From NCBI GenBank assembly GCA_965235115.1, contig OZ249436.1:9674001-9738000 (forward strand): a DNA stretch of 64,000 nt. The letters are read 5' to 3'. The first letter of the stretch is position 1; every line of letters starts with the position of its first letter. Below are positions 25,401 to 64,000 of the stretch, in pieces. The translations under genes were made by a program, and so were the position numbers. The notes under the pieces are model-generated. The model worked only from the letters and a program-made list of their open reading frames with translations, made no database searches and was not told the DNA's origin. The DNA comes from Laetmonice hystrix. Lineage: Eukaryota.

Positions 25401-27410
25401 TTTCCCTAACGCATGGGAATCTACAAACCGCTTCCTTATCTGCCACTTCTATAAACAGATTCCAAACATTTAGTGATTTTTCCATTTGATTCTACCTACT
25501 ATTCACGTCAAATCGCCTGTCGGAAACGTAACGGCCAATCGCTCCCGTTTACGGCCGCTTGACCGAAGTGAAAATGGTGGAAAACGTAGCCTGCTAGACT
25601 GTGGATTTAGAACCCGATCTGTTGATTTCCACTGTGACGTCACAATATCAACACATGCTTATTCCAAAGTCTACTGTGACGTGACAATATAACCATGGTC
25701 GTCATAAGACGACAATGGGCGTTGCTAAGTGACCTGTTACTCCCGGCGCTGATGTTTTCTCTAGATTCTTTGGCCTGACTTGGCAGACACCCGGGCCGGC
25801 TACGGCTATGGAAAGCTGAAACAAAACTGTAGTAGCTAGGCTAAATAAAACAGCGCTCGCCCCTGGGTAGCACCCAAATCATATTATTTATATTCAGAAA
25901 ACCAGGGTTCCCACAGAAATCTGACAAATAACTTTTATTAATTAATCCCTTTTCCGTGACAGAATTAATATTTTCCATGACTATTGTACAAGCATTGTCA
26001 AGTCAAGAGAATCGTTAACAAAGTTGCAATGACACTTTAACCACAAAATATTCTGGACAAAATTAGGACAGGATAGAATTAAATTAAAGCTGCCACCATC
26101 ATAATGCACTTCACTTCACTTGGTACCTGTAACCTTCACGGGGAGTTAAGCTATATTAGTATATATTCTAGAATTATTTTGGGTATACTAGTCACTAGGC
26201 AATACAAATTCCATTTCTAGAATTTGGTTCGGATGCACATCATTGCGCATTGAATGTGTTTGAAGTTTGATGCACATTGTGTGTGTAGTGTGAATGATGT
26301 GAATTAGAATGCGCATAAATATAAATATGAGCTTGAGCTGAGGGCGGTCAACACAACACATCACGGCCAGACAGCATTTGGGAACCCTCGGGAAAGTCCG
26401 CCACCTTCCGGTGGGTTCGGATTTTCACCTCGGGTGTAATGGACAGATTTGTGTGACTTTGTGATGCGGCGCGAATGAATATGAGTAAGCAGGCAGGGGG
26501 GCACAATGCGCGCTGACCAAGTAATTCCTACAGCGTAATGGCAGCGGTTGATGATTGTTTGCATTATGCACTTGAAAACTGGTCGATAAGCAAAGGAAAG
26601 TCGCGGCAGTTAAACCAAAACAGAGAGAAACATGCTCAACTCGGAAATGGCTTATGCCTCCATTCGCCCCATCGTCGGCCACCAACACTCGCTGACTCCC
26701 GGGCACAGCTACCGACAGCGGCGAGACGGGCCGCCGCTGCTACTGCTAGCGCGAAGCGCTGGGCAACTGATGAGGCAGTCTAGGCGAGATACAAATTAAG
26801 CCTTAATTTAAGGAGGACGTTATTTCACATAACTCTGATCACCGTCCCTTCCGTGAACACCCACTAGATTTTTTTTTATAGCGACAAAGGCCAAGATGGG
26901 AGCTGTGGAAAGCACATGGGTTTATTTAGTTGTGTGACTACTTTCAAAAATGGCGACCTGACCTTTACGGCCGAGACATGATCTGCCATCTCTGTCGAGG
27001 TAGCTGGCTTTGGCAGACCGGTGAATGCCCCTATTATCGCTCACAACCACCGCTTGACGACCAAGTTCTAAACTAAAGTCCACTTTACAAAGATTGCAAT
27101 ATTTATCCACTTAGTGATACTTAACTATATAGAAATCGTACCTGGGTCTACAAACACTTTCTGACTACTCGTTCTAAATGTGTTAGGTGTCTTACTTGGG
27201 TCCTAATGCCACGATGAGAAGACAGTTGACGACGGTTGTCACGAGAGAATGAAGGATGTGCCATCCAGCAACCAAGGCGACGATTACAACTCCCACTGAG
27301 GTACAAATCAGCTGCCTTTTTACCGCTCCCCGTGTTCGATTAATAACTAACCCAAAGGGCACGGAGAATATCAGGAGAGCAGCGTAGATCACATCATCTT
27401 GGACCGTCAT
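22454..27410 (-). CDS. MBOAT7: Lysophospholipid acyltransferase 7 (LPIAT1, MBOAT family), about 498 aa
   Basis: Exons 27196-27410, 24671-24797, 24299-24464, 23880-24031, 23478-23686, 23066-23245, 22454-22901 join in frame. Motifs NAVQLLLTLKLVGLAFEV, YSYCYLGLLTGPYY, GAYP...CGQGPT, WNMTVQFWLANFVY and SSFWHGIYPGYYLSF (catalytic His). Confidence 0.92.
24989..25209. mobile_element. 221-bp MITE with TA target-site duplication (Tc1/mariner-pogo-like)
   Basis: TA|CTGTATATGTCCTATTTGCCGCGCA ... TGCGCGGCAAATAGGACATATACGG|TA, terminal inverted repeats of about 25 bp. Confidence 0.8.
25224..25885. mobile_element. Possible Helentron/DINE-like non-autonomous rolling-circle element
   Basis: Subterminal inverted repeat GCGAGCGC / GCGCTCGC, 5' hairpin GAGCCGC-GAA-GCGGCTC, 3' stem-loop TGGGT-AGC-ACCCA, AT-rich flanks. 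Confidence 0.45.
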
Positions 27411-28297
27411 GCTTTTGCTATCACACCCCTGAAAGCAGGCGAGTTTGACACAGTGGCGCCACCTTTGCTTTAGGAATATTGATTACACGCTAGGTGTCGC
27501 CACTAAAATTATAGCTCCACCTAGCGTGAAGTATATCGGTTATACTCCTGCATACTGACTACTTGCCCCTGATTGAATTTTTGCAAGGTAAACCGCTAGA
27601 CGGTTTGGTAGATTTAGACTGCAAACTAGAGAAAAGATTTCAGAATGTTAATTAGCCGTTGTTTTAACTTGTTGAAATGCTTAGAGGAAATAGCCGTGGT
27701 CTACCGGGAAGTCAGTTGGTCTTTCGGATCTACGTATCTTGGGGGGGGGGGGGGGGGGGGCGTTTGCTCTATATCCGCCAAATAATTCACACAGGATCGG
27801 TAACCTCCTCAGTTTGAGGTTAGAACTGAAAATCCTACTGCTAGGCTGGGGGTTTGGCGGTCCCCAACGGGGCCCAGGCTGAATTTTCAGCGGCTATGAG
27901 AAACCCTTTCCCCCATAACTTCCCCGTCAAATATCTTTGCGAAGGGGTTCGAGTCAAGTGCATGTTTATTGGGATGTTTAGAGACCGGGTTTAGGGTAAG
28001 GTCAAGGCTATGGATCCTTACATTCTACCAAATTTCGTGGGTCTTAAGTGATCACGGGCGATGAATGTTTGTCAACCTTTCAAGCAGGAAAACGAACAAT
28101 TACTTCCTACCCCCCCCCCCCCCTCAAGCAGGAAAACGAACAATTACTTCCTACCCCCCCCCCCTCCCTAAATCCGCCACTGATATACACAATATAGCGA
28201 CATCAATTTTAAACAAGACATCACAAAACGACCCACGTTCCCACCCCTAATTCCCTATGTTGGGTATCCGAATATAAACTTGACCAATGGTTTAAAT

Positions 28298-28631
28298 CAT
28301 GGTTCGTACACTTCCAGTAGATCAAAATTTCATGACTTTTTCATGACTTTAAAGGATCTTATTTAACTACTTTTTGACAAGTCACTGCTTCCAAGTCCAG
28401 GCAGTTAAGGTAAGGGATCATCCACGATCTTTAACACGTGCAAAAATGATACAAAAACGTTCTTCAAATTAGCGATGGAAATGCAAAAGTTGGACTTTTT
28501 CTTTTAAATATAGACAATCAAATTTCATGACTTTTTGAGCATTTTCGGAAATTTCATGACTTTTTAAGTACTTAAATTATATAATTCAAATTTCATGACT
28601 TTTTAGGATATTTAAGGACGTACGAACCCTG
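28298..28631. mobile_element. MITE with 5-bp TSD (TAAAT), hAT5-like
   Basis: TAAAT|CATGGTTCGTAC ... GTACGAACCCTG|TAAAT, with repeated internal TTTCATGACTTT motifs. Confidence 0.7.
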
Positions 28632-30552
28632 TAAATTATGGTTGTCTCTAATACCTGGAAAAAATCTTAAAATTGTGGTGTGCATCAATACGTGGACCAA
28701 ATAACAACAAATCCATTCTCATTTTGATAGATTTTACTTTTGATACATTGTCAGCTTAACGAAATATCATAGTGAGGGGGTTTCCCAGGCAGCACTGCCA
28801 TTTCCTTTTCGACGATACATAATACAAGTAAGATGGCAGTGCCCCAGTACAGTGTTTATAAATTCCCATCTATGCCCAAGGTATTAAGCCCCGTCATGTC
28901 TAACTTTGTATACAAGCAGTGTCACGTGTATCCCTTCCCTCCTTACGAAAGTAACCCTTGCCCACAAATCAGGATAATACCTGGCATTATACCTTATATA
29001 CTAAGAGTCAAAGACCCCGCTCCTCTCCCCTCCCCGACCCAGCTGTTGCAGTCCTTGGCAAATTTAAGCAGTCACTAGTTACGCATCTGTTAACTTACGC
29101 ACTTACAGTTTTGCTTCTTTTTAAATTCTACTCTTAATAACATGAGCATGCTCGTAGTGGTTAACCATTGGTTGAATTGAGAAGCGCTCAAACCACCGAC
29201 ACTTGGGGGAATATCCCCTCTATTTCTGCGATTACGCGTTTTTCCATTCAACCTTTCCCTAATTGGGGTGGAAATAACAAATAAAGTCTGTTGAGATGAT
29301 TTTCAAGGTTCAACTGGTTAAAATTAAACATGATCTGACCTCAATCCACATTCCTTGAATTCCACTCTTGATATGAACACCTCAGAACATTGGATAGGGG
29401 AAGGGAAAAAATAAGATTCCACTTCATATAGATTGTAGCATTAGATACTTGTATATTATAGCTCGATTCATGGCTAGTACATATCGGTAATACTGAGGCT
29501 CTAGCGGGCGATTACGATTTGAAGCAGTACACAAAAATATTCTAGCTAGTGGGTAATTCCCGACACCGAGAAAAGTTGGTTGTAGCAAATAGCGCGGCCA
29601 TCTCCTATTGATGGAGCCGTGGAGACACAATAGAAGATTGCGTCAATCCCCATTAACATTGTGCAGATCCACTATTTAAGACATTACGGCCATCCCGTGT
29701 CGCCTTCAACGCGACACTTGGCCCAACCCCCGGCTCATTGGACAGGTGTGCACACGGCAGGTGTGTGTGTGTACGCCAAGCCTAGGATCAGATCAATTAG
29801 TTCGTCATAGGTACAATTATCACCTCTACATACACCACATATATAAAACTTAGTATTTCCAGTATCAAAAACAATTTTTTTTGCATAAAAATGCAAAGTA
29901 GACGTCATCGTTGAGTGAATGCATACACCGCCATACATTGGCTGTCACTCGTACAGGAAGGCCAAAAGTGGCCAATAATCACCTAGGTACATTACTCTAC
30001 GCCTGGTCCACCCCGTGCGGCCTTCAGTTCTCTTCACTATACACATCTTTCTCCTCCTCCTCCTCCTCCTCCTTCTCCTGCCACACCCACTTCTTTCACA
30101 TCTCTCTATCTCCTCTTCGATTCATAATACATCTTGCCATCAACGAATTTTTACACAATTTGTCATTTTTTAAAAATTTGTTTGTATGTAATGTTTTGTA
30201 TATGTATGTGTGATATATAGACACAGTGGAATCATATTCACGTTCTGAACTCCCCATTCTCACCTTGTTTCAAGGGAGAAGTGAACTCAAGCCGTATATG
30301 TCCTGGATATGCATAAGGCATGGAATCAATCAGTTAATCATTCCTTCGACAGCCTGACCGACATGTTAATGAACACTTGATCAATATTCGGGTTGACAAT
30401 AACAAAAAGAGTTAACAAAAAATCTGAATCACAAGTATGGAGTGTTATTGTTTCAAAAACCTGGCACCTGATCGACTAAGTCTGATAATGTGCGCTCCCT
30501 GGCTGTCAATTATCAGTTAGCACTGCTACATCCGTCAGATAGGGCTAACAGG

Positions 30553-63584
<33,032 letters not shown>

Positions 63585-64000
63585 CTGCAGAAGGCAGGGA
63601 TATTAATGAAGGGGGGAAAGAAGAAGACAATCTTCATAAGTCACAACAAGCATGCACTGACAACATTGTCCATAATATTATGAGCCTTCATATCTGCAAC
63701 CCATTTAAAAAAAACTGGGTAAAAAAAAAATTTTGATCGTATTATTGGCAGAAACGTCATGAATCTGGTGTCATGCATATTAATTCTGGTACAGGCGTTG
63801 CCACAGCAGTTTAATTTTCATTTTTAAAATTCACAAAAACAGGTAAATGGGGTGCAAACATGAAGGATTTTCTCAAGGAAAAAGGAACATTCCTACCTCT
63901 AATTCGACCTGACTTTTTCAGTTGGTGCTTAAGTAACACTATTAGGGGTCTGAAAGATGATGTGCTAACCCTCGACAGCTACCCGAGACAACATCAAGGA

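Overview
Intron-rich animal (bilaterian invertebrate, probably marine) genomic DNA, not prokaryotic. Gene order: the 5' end of a PDZ (Zasp/ALP/Enigma-like) gene on the minus strand with two homologous alternative first exons; a 900-aa single-coding-exon low-complexity orphan ORF (+); ECSIT (-), head-to-head with a 10-exon HAP40/F8A gene (+); MBOAT7/LPIAT1 (-); and most of a non-muscle myosin II heavy chain gene (-, 30553 to beyond the window end). Introns carry minisatellites and several non-autonomous DNA transposons, including a 1.84-kb foldback element. The most unusual signals concern splicing: a duplicated, diverged PDZ half-domain first exon; tandem repeats that multiply a real splice donor (HAP40) and a real acceptor (myosin last exon); and, in the myosin gene, a loop-1 microexon, a U12 intron, a duplicated converter mini-exon and stop-containing tail exons resembling the vertebrate SM1/SM2 switch. 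All exon models were read by hand from splice motifs, phase and translation. No transcript data or database search was available.
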